Shown: in pieces, positions 19,694 through 29,322 of the stretch
Position numbering within the stretch: the stretch's first letter is position 1
Layout of the letters: each line of letters begins with the position of its first letter
Source of the DNA: Candidatus Poribacteria bacterium
Lineage (GTDB): Bacteria > Poribacteria > WGA-4E > UBA9662
Length of the DNA: 64,000 bases
Assembly: GCA_002709695.1 (NCBI GenBank)
Contig: PAQF01000017.1
Coordinates: forward strand, 3,051-67,050
Direction: 5' to 3'
Made by a program: the position numbers and the translations under genes
Notes under the pieces: model-generated
The model's input: the letters and a program-made list of their open reading frames with translations, nothing else
Database searches by the model: none
What the model was told of the DNA's origin: nothing

Positions 19694-19767
19694 AGTATCT
19701 CCACTTTTCGAAAATCAACAGCCTGCCTAACTGAAATTGGACTAAAACTTAAATGGGAATCAACCTC

Positions 19768-20835
19768 TTACTGAATTTCAATTTCACTACCTACTTCTTG
19801 GCTCCGGTAAATACCATCCAGAATTTGCATTACCTGTAATGATTGCTCTGGAGGAACAGGTGAAGGTGCCCCATCGAGAATCGCTTGGGCAAATTCAATG
19901 CATTCTTGTGCATGTGCTTCTTCAAGATTTTCAGGAAAATCTGTCAGGGTTTTTTCCTTATATTCTTTTTCCTCCAAGTCCGACCATAAAAACTCACACT
20001 TGGGCCAATGACATCCAGCCTTTGTTCCATAAAGCCACATCTGCATATCTTCACCAGTAGTACGATGATGGAGAAGCCAACTGATTTCAATGACAAGCGT
20101 TGCTCCATTTTCAAACCTAATAAATGCAGAAGCAAAATCTTCAACATCATACTCTGAGGGAATTTCACTCTTTCCTCCTCCGGTAAAGGCTCCTTCTTGA
20201 TGTGCTATTTCCGCCCTAGAGACACCACTCACGGCTACAGGTTTGGGATTTCCCATCAGCCACAGTGTGAGATCTAAAATATGGACTCCGATATCAATAC
20301 AAGGTCCTCCTCCACTATTCTTTTTCAGAATAAAGCCAGGACCAGTCGGTGCTCCCCAACGACGAAGCATCCAACTCCTAGCATGATAAATATCACCTAG
20401 AATCCCTGTATCAATCTCAGCTTTCATAGCCTTAGAATTCGCTTGAAAACGAAAATGCTGCGCTGTCATCAGTAACTTACCAGATCGATCGCGAGCTGCA
20501 ATCATGTTTTTAACATCCTCAGGCGTCGGTGCCAACGGTTTTTCGCATATCACATGCTTCCCTCCTTCAAGGCCACCAATAGAAAGAGGTGCATGGTACA
20601 TATTTGGCGTGCAAACATCAATAATATCAATATCCGGATCAGAGAAAAGCTCTGAAGGGTCAGTAGTCAGCTTAGTCACCTTATGTTCTTTACCCCAGTT
20701 CTGCAGAACATCCTCTCGAATATCACAACCAGCAACAATTTCCGCATTTTCAGAAGCATTCCAACCAGGAATATGAGTATTTGAGATACCACCAACACCA
20801 ATGATTGCAACCTTTAAGATCTTAGACACTACCAA
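19768..20835 (-). CDS. Gfo/Idh/MocA family NAD(P)-dependent oxidoreductase
   Basis: 355 aa; N-terminal Rossmann motif VAIIGVGGISNTHIPGW plus Gfo/Idh/MocA C-terminal alpha/beta domain. Confidence 0.8.
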   Translation of the reverse strand: MVVSKILKVAIIGVGGISNTHIPGWNASENAEIVAGCDIREDVLQNWGKEHKVTKLTTDPSELFSDPDIDIIDVCTPNMYHAPLSIGGLEGGKHVICEKPLAPTPEDVKNMIAARDRSGKLLMTAQHFRFQANSKAMKAEIDTGILGDIYHARSWMLRRWGAPTGPGFILKKNSGGGPCIDIGVHILDLTLWLMGNPKPVAVSGVSRAEIAHQEGAFTGGGKSEIPSEYDVEDFASAFIRFENGATLVIEISWLLHHRTTGEDMQMWLYGTKAGCHWPKCEFLWSDLEEKEYKEKTLTDFPENLEEAHAQECIEFAQAILDGAPSPVPPEQSLQVMQILDGIYRSQEVGSEIEIQ

Positions 20836-20923
20836 TCTCCTATAAACTATTTATAATTCGGGAAAACACGGAATAATACTATCTCAGGTTCCAGTTACTT
20901 GTCAATACTCTGAATGACGATAT

Positions 20924-21739
20924 TCATAGGACTTCCTTGGTAAAAGTGTAAACCGGTCTAAGCCAAGAGGCAAAAAACACACCATTAGCATACAGAAAAT
21001 AGAGTATCTTTAATATTACAATCGCTGCCAAAAGAATAAATTGAATCAGGATAAAAGCCAAATCAACCCTACCAAAACTCTGGCCTCGTAATGTCGCCTG
21101 CCTATTAGTCCCATCAACGGAAAAACCACGACATTCAATCACCTGACTCAAATTAGTGGCTCTTCGAATACTATTAGTTAAAATTGGGCGTATCGCATTC
21201 AAAAAACCCGCAAACGTACGAAGTACATTGAAGCGAAAATAGCGAAATCCACGTAACCTTTGAGACTGAATAACAATTTTTGCATCAGAAACAACAAACG
21301 GTACATATTGAATTGCAACAGTTGTCATAAAGGCAAGGCCATAAGGCACCCGTAGTTTAATTAATCCTACCAACAAATCTCTTACCTTAGTGGTCGAAAT
21401 AACGTAATAACCAACACTAATCGAAGTACTAAACCGTAGTGATTGGATCATACCATGTACTAAACCTTCGCGATAAAAATGGACATTGTCAACTAAGGTA
21501 AAAAGTATTGTCCGCGGAAATCGATCATAAAATATCGCTTGGCTATAAATCGTGCCCCAGGTTCCAATCACCAAAACTCCTGTGAATATACCAATTTTTT
21601 TCCAAGATCGAATTGCAGTTACCGCTAGCCCAAACACAGAGAAAAAGCAAAACGAAAGCATAATTGGGCTATCAAGAAGCACCATCAAAACACCAATAGT
21701 AGCAAGTAAAATAATTTTTGTTCGGGGATCAAACGCCAT
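20924..21739 (-). CDS. Energy-coupling-factor transporter transmembrane (T) component, EcfT/CbiQ-like
   Basis: 271 aa with 5-6 TM helices; LIKLRVPYGLAFMTTVAIQYVPFVVSDAKIVIQSQRLRGF...IECRGFSVDG resembles the EcfT coupling-helix/ARG region. No adjacent EcfA ATPase in the window. Confidence 0.5.
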   Translation of the reverse strand: MAFDPRTKIILLATIGVLMVLLDSPIMLSFCFFSVFGLAVTAIRSWKKIGIFTGVLVIGTWGTIYSQAIFYDRFPRTILFTLVDNVHFYREGLVHGMIQSLRFSTSISVGYYVISTTKVRDLLVGLIKLRVPYGLAFMTTVAIQYVPFVVSDAKIVIQSQRLRGFRYFRFNVLRTFAGFLNAIRPILTNSIRRATNLSQVIECRGFSVDGTNRQATLRGQSFGRVDLAFILIQFILLAAIVILKILYFLYANGVFFASWLRPVYTFTKEVL

Positions 21740-21843
21740 GTTCTATAACTCTAACAACAGAAACATTATTAACTCGTAACTTTTCATGATAATTAATACG
21801 TTTAAAGCTTTAGAGATCCTAAAAAATTCCAATTAAGGTAATT

Positions 21844-22404
21844 TTGATTATACTTTCGACTTTAATTATTAGTACAGTAGTATGCTCGGGAATTTCAATC
21901 GTTTTTTACTCGCTCTATAATGGTATTTCACCAATGCCAACCTCGTCAAAAGTCAAACACCAAGTATTAGACGTGCTTAGTGAAAATGAAACGCAAGGAA
22001 CAATTTATGAGCTAGGATCAGGTTGGGGAACACTAGCATTTGCTATCGCAAAAAGATTTCCGAAATGCCAAGTTATCGCTTACGAAAATTCATTGGTTCC
22101 ATATATATACACGCAAATATACAAATTCTTCATCAGAACAAACAACCTAAATATCAAACGAGAAAATTTCTTCAATGCCCTCCTGAGCCAAGCAAATACA
22201 ATCGTTTGTTACCTATCCACTGATATCATGGTGCGCTTACAACCTAAACTTGCATCAGAACTACAAAAAGAAACTTTGGTGGTTACCAATACATTCGCTT
22301 TACCAAGTTGGACACCACAACAAACTATTGAAACGGAAGATCTGTACAGAACCAAGATCCACATTTACGTAAATCAAAATAAAGCGAAAAAAAACAGGAG
22401 ATAG
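21844..22404 (+). CDS. Class I SAM-dependent methyltransferase with N-terminal TM helix
   Basis: 186 aa; YELGSGWGTLAFAIAKRFPKCQVIAYENS carries the GxGxG SAM-binding motif. Confidence 0.55.
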   Translation: MIILSTLIISTVVCSGISIVFYSLYNGISPMPTSSKVKHQVLDVLSENETQGTIYELGSGWGTLAFAIAKRFPKCQVIAYENSLVPYIYTQIYKFFIRTNNLNIKRENFFNALLSQANTIVCYLSTDIMVRLQPKLASELQKETLVVTNTFALPSWTPQQTIETEDLYRTKIHIYVNQNKAKKNRR

Positions 22405-22407
22405 AAT

Positions 22408-22974
22408 ATGGCTTGGATCAAAACTATACCATGGTCTGCGGCAAACAAACAGTTGCGTGATGCCATTAAAAAACAAAAAAAACTATACCCTACTGAATAT
22501 GGCATACCAGATCACGCTTTAGATCAAATAAACGAAAGTATTGTTAATTCCCACAGCCTAATTCCAGATGCTTTATACCATGCATTTGCGAATTTCGGTG
22601 TACTAATGTCACCCAAATTACCCTTAACCCGAAAACAACATGAAATGATTTCTACTGTCGTATCTGCTACTAACCAGTGTAAATACTGAACTAACTCTCA
22701 CGCAGAGTTTCTGCGTCAAGTAACGTTGGATGATAACCTAGTAGCATCCCTGATTAATGATTATACAACAGCACCTGTAAATCGAAGTGATGCTGTTATG
22801 CTGAATTATGCTGTAAAGTTAACAAAAGACTCTACCTCAATTACTTCCGCTGATCACAAGGAATTACGAACTGTCGGTTTCAACGATCAAGCCATTTTAC
22901 AGATTACGCTGATAGCAGCTTGGTTTAACTATATTAATCGGGTTGCCGACGCCCTTGGAATTGGGAAAGATTAA
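22408..22974 (+). CDS. AhpD-like / carboxymuconolactone decarboxylase (CMD) family protein; candidate selenoprotein with in-frame UGA (Sec) at 22687..22689
   Basis: ORFs 22408..22689 and 22726..22974 are in the same frame, separated only by TGA. Read-through gives ...SATNQ-C-K-Y-[TGA][10 protein letters not shown]..., reproducing the AhpD C-x-x-C-x3-H active-site spacing with TGA at the second Cys. Protein-like sequence continues for 95 more codons to TAA. A stable hairpin lies 10 nt downstream of the TGA. Confidence 0.6.
22700..22716 (+). promoter_or_regulatory. Candidate bacterial SECIS-like hairpin downstream of in-frame UGA
   Basis: ACGCAG-aguuu-CUGCGU: a perfect 6-bp stem with a U-rich/GU-containing 5-nt loop, starting 11 nt after the UGA codon. 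Confidence 0.4.
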
Positions 22975-22993
22975 AATAAATTACAAAAAAAAT

Positions 22994-25105
22994 ATGTTGT
23001 TGATCATTAGCCTAGTTTGTATCCCCGTGTGCCTTTTGATTGGTTCCAGTCTCTATTCGGAGCGTGCTAAACAAAAGAACTTATCAGAAAGCTTACAAGG
23101 TATGCCCCAATATCAAGTGGAAATTATGAGGGACACATGGGGGGTTCCTCACATTTTTGGGAAAACCGACGCAGATACCGCTCACGGGTTAGCTTACGCA
23201 CATGCAGAAGATGATTTTGAAACTATCCAAGAACTCTTGCTTACAATTAAAGGCAAACTGGCTTCGGTAAGGGGTAAAGACCTGGCTCCTTACGACTATT
23301 ATGTACAACTATTTCGAATATGGGATGATGTCAATGAAAAATACGATGCTCTTTCTGAGGACATTCGATCTGTGTGTGAGGCTTATGCCGACGGACTAAA
23401 TCTCTATGCATCTCAACATCCACAATTATTAGAACGAAACGTTTGGCCAGTAAAAGGTAAAGATATCGTCGCAGGTTTTGTTCATAAACTCCCTCTTTTT
23501 TTTGGAGTTGATAATGTACTGAAGCAAATTTATCAAGCCAAGGAAAACCCCAAAGTCAGCCAGGCTGGCTTAGGTTTACAACAAGGCATAGGCTCGAATT
23601 TTCTAGCTGTTGGCCCAAACCGCTCAGCAGATGGCGCCACCCGAGTTGCAATTAACACACACCAACCATGGGAAGGACCCGTGGCTTGGTATGAAGCTCA
23701 TGTTGTTAGCGAAGAAGGCCTAAACCTCTATGGAGGACTGTTCCCAGGTTCCCCCATCGTGTTACTAGGACACAATCAAAACTTAGCTTGGGGACATACC
23801 GTCAATTACCCTGACCTGATTGATGTGTACAAACTGGAAATCAATCCCAAAAATCCCAACGAATACCGGTTTGATGGCCAATGGAAATCATTGAAAATTC
23901 GAAAAGTGCCTATTGAAATCCAAATCTGGCGCAATTTACGATGGACTTTTCACCGAGAAACACTCTGGTCGGAACATGGCCCAGCGTTGCGAAATGCCAA
24001 CGGTGTTTATGCTATTCGTTATGCTGGCATAGGAGAAATCGGGCAAGTTGAGCAATGGTATCGTATGGGAAAAGCCAAAAACTTGGAGGAATTTAAAGTG
24101 GCTATGCGATTGCATACAATTCCGATGTTCAATACCGGATATGCTGACCGAAAAGGTAACCTCTATTATGTTTATAACGCCTTACTTCCCTTGAGAAATG
24201 AACAATATAATTGGGCAGGCTACGTTCCAGGAAATAGCTCCAGTACTTTATGGACGAGCTATCTTCCTTACGACCAACTGCCACAGGTTGAGAATCCACC
24301 TTCCGCATTTCTACAAAGTTGCAATAACAATCCATTTCAAACGACAACAGGTATCGGCAATCCAAATCCATTGAAATACTCACCAAACTTTGGAATCGAA
24401 GATATAATGACTAACCGTGCCCTACGAGCTAGAGAGCTTTTTGGAAACAACCCATCTGTAACTCGAAAAGAGTTTTTTCAGTATAAATTCGATAAATATT
24501 ATTCAGCAGATTCTGTCTTAGCCGAAAGTATCAACCGTTTTTTGGAAGAAGCAAAAACCGAAGACTTAGAACTGACCAAAGCAATCGATCTTATTCGATC
24601 TTGGGATCTCCAAACTAACATCGATAATCGGGCAGCAGCGCTAGCAATTCTAACTTTCCGGCCTAAGGATAGACCTGCTGATTTCCAATATGACTATTTT
24701 CTGTTTTTAAAAAGATTAAAGGAAAATGTTGATCTTTTTAAAAAAAACTTTGGTCGAATTGATGTACCGTGGGGGAAAGTCAGCCGCATAATCCGCGGGG
24801 ACATCGATCTCCCTATTGCTGGTGGCCCTGATATTTTACGTGCAATCTATAGTCAAGTTATCAATGACGGCCGCTTAAAAGGTGTGGCTGGCGATTGCTT
24901 CTTTCAAATTGTGGAATGGGACAAACAAGGAAACTTGCAAAGCTGGGTGATCAATCAATACGGAAGTCATTCTTGGAAGAAAACTTCGCCTCACTATAAC
25001 GACCAATCGCCACTATTCGCCCAAGAGAAAATGAGACCAAGCTGGTTTAACAAAGAGGACATTCTAAAAAACCTCGAACGCAGATATTCACCAAGGCAAA
25101 ATTAA
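22994..25105 (+). CDS. Penicillin amidase (S45) family Ntn-hydrolase (acylase), secreted
   Basis: Start refined to MLLIISLVCIPVCLL (signal/TM). GIGSNFLAVGPNRSADGATRVAINTHQPWEGPVAWYEAH matches the penicillin/AHL acylase beta-subunit N-terminus with nucleophilic Ser; about 700 aa is the typical family length. Confidence 0.65.
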   Translation: MLLIISLVCIPVCLLIGSSLYSERAKQKNLSESLQGMPQYQVEIMRDTWGVPHIFGKTDADTAHGLAYAHAEDDFETIQELLLTIKGKLASVRGKDLAPYDYYVQLFRIWDDVNEKYDALSEDIRSVCEAYADGLNLYASQHPQLLERNVWPVKGKDIVAGFVHKLPLFFGVDNVLKQIYQAKENPKVSQAGLGLQQGIGSNFLAVGPNRSADGATRVAINTHQPWEGPVAWYEAHVVSEEGLNLYGGLFPGSPIVLLGHNQNLAWGHTVNYPDLIDVYKLEINPKNPNEYRFDGQWKSLKIRKVPIEIQIWRNLRWTFHRETLWSEHGPALRNANGVYAIRYAGIGEIGQVEQWYRMGKAKNLEEFKVAMRLHTIPMFNTGYADRKGNLYYVYNALLPLRNEQYNWAGYVPGNSSSTLWTSYLPYDQLPQVENPPSAFLQSCNNNPFQTTTGIGNPNPLKYSPNFGIEDIMTNRALRARELFGNNPSVTRKEFFQYKFDKYYSADSVLAESINRFLEEAKTEDLELTKAIDLIRSWDLQTNIDNRAAALAILTFRPKDRPADFQYDYFLFLKRLKENVDLFKKNFGRIDVPWGKVSRIIRGDIDLPIAGGPDILRAIYSQVINDGRLKGVAGDCFFQIVEWDKQGNLQSWVINQYGSHSWKKTSPHYNDQSPLFAQEKMRPSWFNKEDILKNLERRYSPRQN

Positions 25106-25221
25106 ACTATTTACTATCTTCAAGAAACCCCGAGTCAACCTCCCATAATTGAATCAACTCAAAACCATGTCTCTCCTAATCAATATTGCACACATACTAA
25201 TTAAAAAATGGTACAAACAAA

Positions 25222-25785
25222 ATGACAACTCAATCGATAAAAGTTATTAGCCTATTGCTTGCCTTTAGTCTCATAATTCTTGGATGTGAAACCCAAGAAC
25301 AAAGAGATAGAAAAAGAGAAGAAAAAAGGACACAAAAATTCATCTCACAATTAAATAACAGAAATCAGAATATCAAGACTCGGGTGAACGCAGCAAGAGC
25401 CTTAGGTCGGATAAATACTCCTGAAGCACAAAGAGCATTAGCTGGAGCTATTCCCACACTGATTGAAGCCCTAAATAATGCTGATACCAGTACACGAGCT
25501 TTTGCCGCCAGTGCCTTGGGTAACATAGGTGAATCAGCAAAAAAAGCAATACCAAATCTGGCAAACAACTTAAGAAACGACAGAAATGACTTGGTTCGGG
25601 GATCTGCTGCGTACGCTTTAGGGCAAATGAAAGGATCAGCCCAAGGTGCAATACCTGACCTAATAAAAGCATTGAATGATGAAAATGAGTTAGTACGTCA
25701 AAGTGCAGCTAAGGCCTTAGGTCAGATTAACTCACCTCAAGCAACTGAAGCCTTAAAACGCTATAAAACAAACACAAAAAACTAA
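25222..25785 (+). CDS. HEAT-repeat (PBS-lyase-like) lipoprotein
   Basis: 187 aa; lipobox LIILGC; repeated ...ARALGRIN...A...AL..AL.D.....VR..AA.ALG units typical of HEAT_2/PBS-lyase repeats. Confidence 0.6.
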   Translation: MTTQSIKVISLLLAFSLIILGCETQEQRDRKREEKRTQKFISQLNNRNQNIKTRVNAARALGRINTPEAQRALAGAIPTLIEALNNADTSTRAFAASALGNIGESAKKAIPNLANNLRNDRNDLVRGSAAYALGQMKGSAQGAIPDLIKALNDENELVRQSAAKALGQINSPQATEALKRYKTNTKN

Positions 25786-25996
25786 ACTTATCCAGTAAGA
25801 ATCAAGCTTAACACACTATTACAGTAGCTAGAAACTCTCACTGTAGTCCCATCACTTTTTGGTCTGTGAAAACAGCGGCCATGCTCCTTATCACTTAAAA
25901 ACAACAAGAACCTTGTTGATCTAAATGAGGGTTCAGATTACTAAATTCGCTCTTTAATCAACTCAGACGAAACTGTTAGCAAATAGAAACCTCACT

Positions 25997-27502
25997 TTAT
26001 AACTGGTGATGAATGCTTTGGATTGCACCATAGATTTGGGAATAAACTTGCATCCTTTCCTCATATTTCTTCTGAACTTCTTCTCGTGGATAGTAAACCT
26101 CCTTGGTTTGAACCAGTTGGTCAACTGCGGACCGAATTGAAGGATACTTTCCAATAGCCGTTCCTGCTAATATAGCAGTTCCCAAACACACACCTTCCGA
26201 AACATCAAGAGCAATTACCTTTTTACCAAATATATCTGCTTTAAGTTGAAGCCACTGCTTTGATTTTGCCCCGCCACCAATCGCCCGAATCTCGTTGATC
26301 GCAACCCCTGCAGAATCTAAAAGGTTCAGGTTATGTTTAATTTCAAAGCTAATACCTTCCAAAATTGCTTTGACCACATCTAATTTGCTTGTACCAAGTG
26401 TTAATCCAAGTATGGCCCCTTTGGATTCAAGATCCATTTTGGGAGTCCCCGAACCATTAAAATGAGGTAGAAGCATAACTGGTGAAGGCTCCTCTGACAT
26501 TGATTCGACCAAAAGATCATAAACATCTTGACCAGATGATTTTGCCTGTTCAACTTCGTACTGCGCGAAATTGTCACGGAACCACCGCAGAATAACCCCT
26601 CCACTCGACACAAAACCAAGAGTAACATACATACCATCAACTACATGCGGAGAACATGAGAAATTCCCATCAATCATTTGTTGATTCAACACCGGTGTAG
26701 TAAATGCGGGTACAATACACTCAACAGTACCAGTAGCATCCATAACATCTCCTTGATCAATAATCCCCGCCCCAAGGGCACCACATGGTTGATCATGTCC
26801 TCCAGTAACACCAACAACGTCCTGAGGCAACCCCAAATCTTTAGCGATACCAGAACCAATTTTGCCAATTACTGTACCTGAAGCAGCAGTACTAGAAAAC
26901 AGTGACGAATTCACATTTATCATGTTTAGCATTCGCTCAGACCAATCTTTTTGAATAACATCAAAGAGCATCGTACGAGCCGCAAGAGAATAATCAATTA
27001 CAGGTGGCATTCCGAGCTTATAAAACACAAAATCCTCATACCCTAAGAACTTCCACGTTTGCTCAAAAACGTCGGGTTGATGCTGTTGAATCCAAGTTAT
27101 TTTTGCAAGCGTTGTAATATCGCTCAATGGAATACCGGTGATCTTCATAAGATCAAGTTTACTTGCCTCTTGCCCAATTTCACTTGAGATACCAGTTGTG
27201 CGAGAATCAAAACTAGTGATGGTATTTGCCAAAATTTCACCCGATTTCGAGATTGGGGTGACGGCTTCTCCTTGAGAAGCAACACTAATAGCTTCAATGG
27301 GATCACTTTTTGTGTGTTGAGCAACCGACTGAATACAACCAGAAATTTTCTCCCAAACAACATAACTATCCAATTCAGACCAACCAGGCTGCGGATGTAA
27401 AAGCGGGTACTCATCATAAGCCTGAGCCAAAATCTGACCTTCAACACTAAACGCAATTACCTTGCATCCTGTCGTACCAACATCGATTCCTAAAAGACTC
27501 AT
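25997..27502 (-). CDS. FGGY-family carbohydrate kinase (xylulokinase/glycerol kinase-like)
   Basis: 501 aa; N-terminal MSLLGIDVGTTGCKVIAF is the FGGY phosphate-1 motif, with C-terminal FGGY_C (GGGAKSKQWLQLKADIFGKKV). Confidence 0.75.
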   Translation of the reverse strand: MSLLGIDVGTTGCKVIAFSVEGQILAQAYDEYPLLHPQPGWSELDSYVVWEKISGCIQSVAQHTKSDPIEAISVASQGEAVTPISKSGEILANTITSFDSRTTGISSEIGQEASKLDLMKITGIPLSDITTLAKITWIQQHQPDVFEQTWKFLGYEDFVFYKLGMPPVIDYSLAARTMLFDVIQKDWSERMLNMINVNSSLFSSTAASGTVIGKIGSGIAKDLGLPQDVVGVTGGHDQPCGALGAGIIDQGDVMDATGTVECIVPAFTTPVLNQQMIDGNFSCSPHVVDGMYVTLGFVSSGGVILRWFRDNFAQYEVEQAKSSGQDVYDLLVESMSEEPSPVMLLPHFNGSGTPKMDLESKGAILGLTLGTSKLDVVKAILEGISFEIKHNLNLLDSAGVAINEIRAIGGGAKSKQWLQLKADIFGKKVIALDVSEGVCLGTAILAGTAIGKYPSIRSAVDQLVQTKEVYYPREEVQKKYEERMQVYSQIYGAIQSIHHQL

Positions 27503-28087
27503 TCATTCCTCCTTATACAAACTCAGTTTGTCTCTTGCATTCAATCATCCATATACACACTCTCAAAATATCAGCTGAGGCCACCTCTAAATTTCGTTAT
27601 GTCTCAACCCGAGATCGAGTTTTTACTACCTGCTTTCTTCATTTTACTCAGTGCCTAAGAAAAAGCTATCAACAGATTATTTCATAAATCCTCATCATTT
27701 TCAGCAGATTTTGGGACAAAAAACTGACATAACTAAGGAAAACGTAATTTGTAAAGATTAGATGAATCATTTCGTGATCAACTTTCTTCAACACTCAACA
27801 CAGATTTTGTCAATGCAATTAGAACGAACTAAAAAACTGTGTATATATGCTCACTACCCTGGGTAAAAAAAATGGAGAGAACCAACCATCTGACCCAACA
27901 CACCACTTAGTAAGATCAGTTAAGAAAGCAAAGTATGGTTTCTATAGCTTGTCCACAGAGTTACCATTTGGGTTAGACGACACTATCTCCATGCAGATCG
28001 AAATCACCAAAGTCAAACACATCTAAATTTATGTTCAGGTTAAAACGCAACTCACTTTGATCGAACACAAAACCTTACGACCCTTTC

Positions 28088-29170
28088 TTAGACGCTGAAC
28101 CTAGGTTGACGTGGAGCACTGTCTCGTTTCAAACGTAATTCCGAACCAACTAATGGCAAATTAATCCTTTTACCACTTTGTAAATGTGATTCTATAAAAG
28201 CAAAGATTAACTCCATACTAGCGTAGGCTACTCTAATCCCACCTCGTGTCACGGTGTCGGCATCCAAAGCTTGCACAAGATCTTTAATAAGATTTTGTGT
28301 AGAACTAGAACTCTCAAATTCCGGAAAAGTACCTGGCACGAGACATCTTCGCCAACCCGGCACATCCGCTTGGCGGCGGAGTTGCCACTGCCAACCATTG
28401 TTCCAACAAGTTAAGCTTCCTCTTTCACAAATAGCTTCCCATTCGCTAGTACGTGGGGACAACATCACATATACAGTTACGTCATTTTCAAATTGGATGA
28501 TGCCATGGCCAGCAGGATCTTCGCTAACAATCTGATCCTTAACAACACTATCTCCATTAGGCAAATGAGCAGACACCCATGTTGCAGGAACATCACCATT
28601 CAAGCGAAAAACAAGATCGAAATGATGACTGGCAGAATTAAATAAAGTCCCGTTTGAATAAATAATTAGAGTTTTCAATTTACCAAGGTCACCACTATCA
28701 ATGATTGATTTCATGCTATCAAATCCTGGGTGCCAACGACGATTCGTTCCCAAGTTAAAAAATACACCGTTCTCTTCCACCGCATCTACCATAGCTCGAG
28801 CCTCTTCCATTGATGCAGCCATAGCTTTTTCAGCATAGACAGCTTTGACACCATGCTTGGCTAAATCAATAACTACCTCGGCTCGGTGTTCAGGCTGAGT
28901 CGCAACACTAACGATCTGTGGTTGCTCCTTTTCTAGCATCTCTCGATAATCAGTGTATTGGTGTTCTTTTGCAACTCCATAGAGCTCACCAAATTCCTCC
29001 ATAACATCCAACCGCAGATCAGAGCAGGCAACCAAATCAGTCCTCTCCTCAACTTGGAATCCCGCTGCATGTGAATATGGAAGTACGATGGCTTTGTAAT
29101 CAGTAACTTCATGATCAATGAAGGCCCCCATACGACTACAACCGATAACAGCAGCTCGATAAATTTTCAT
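28088..29170 (-). CDS. Gfo/Idh/MocA family oxidoreductase
   Basis: Start refined to MKIYRAAVIGCSRMGAF (Rossmann GxGxxG); family C-terminal domain present. Confidence 0.75.
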   Translation of the reverse strand: MKIYRAAVIGCSRMGAFIDHEVTDYKAIVLPYSHAAGFQVEERTDLVACSDLRLDVMEEFGELYGVAKEHQYTDYREMLEKEQPQIVSVATQPEHRAEVVIDLAKHGVKAVYAEKAMAASMEEARAMVDAVEENGVFFNLGTNRRWHPGFDSMKSIIDSGDLGKLKTLIIYSNGTLFNSASHHFDLVFRLNGDVPATWVSAHLPNGDSVVKDQIVSEDPAGHGIIQFENDVTVYVMLSPRTSEWEAICERGSLTCWNNGWQWQLRRQADVPGWRRCLVPGTFPEFESSSSTQNLIKDLVQALDADTVTRGGIRVAYASMELIFAFIESHLQSGKRINLPLVGSELRLKRDSAPRQPRFSV

Positions 29171-29322
29171 GTTCCATTTTCTCCAAATTGATGTTAACCT
29201 GATCACATGCGAAGGATAATAACATGGAGACACTTTATCCTCAAATGGAATCCTCATACCTCGAAAGGAAAAACCTTTCTTGATCCGGTGTACTTAGATC
29301 AAGGATAAAGAATGTTTTTGTC

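Noticed and set aside
22687-22689. Alternative explanation: TGA used as a sense codon (genetic code 4/25) for the whole genome
   Set aside because: TGA clearly terminates well-delimited genes in this window (CRTAC1-like 30857..32512, 35949..36233, 12630..12953). Both read-through sites sit at redox-motif positions and are followed by hairpins, which fits Sec recoding rather than a reassigned code.
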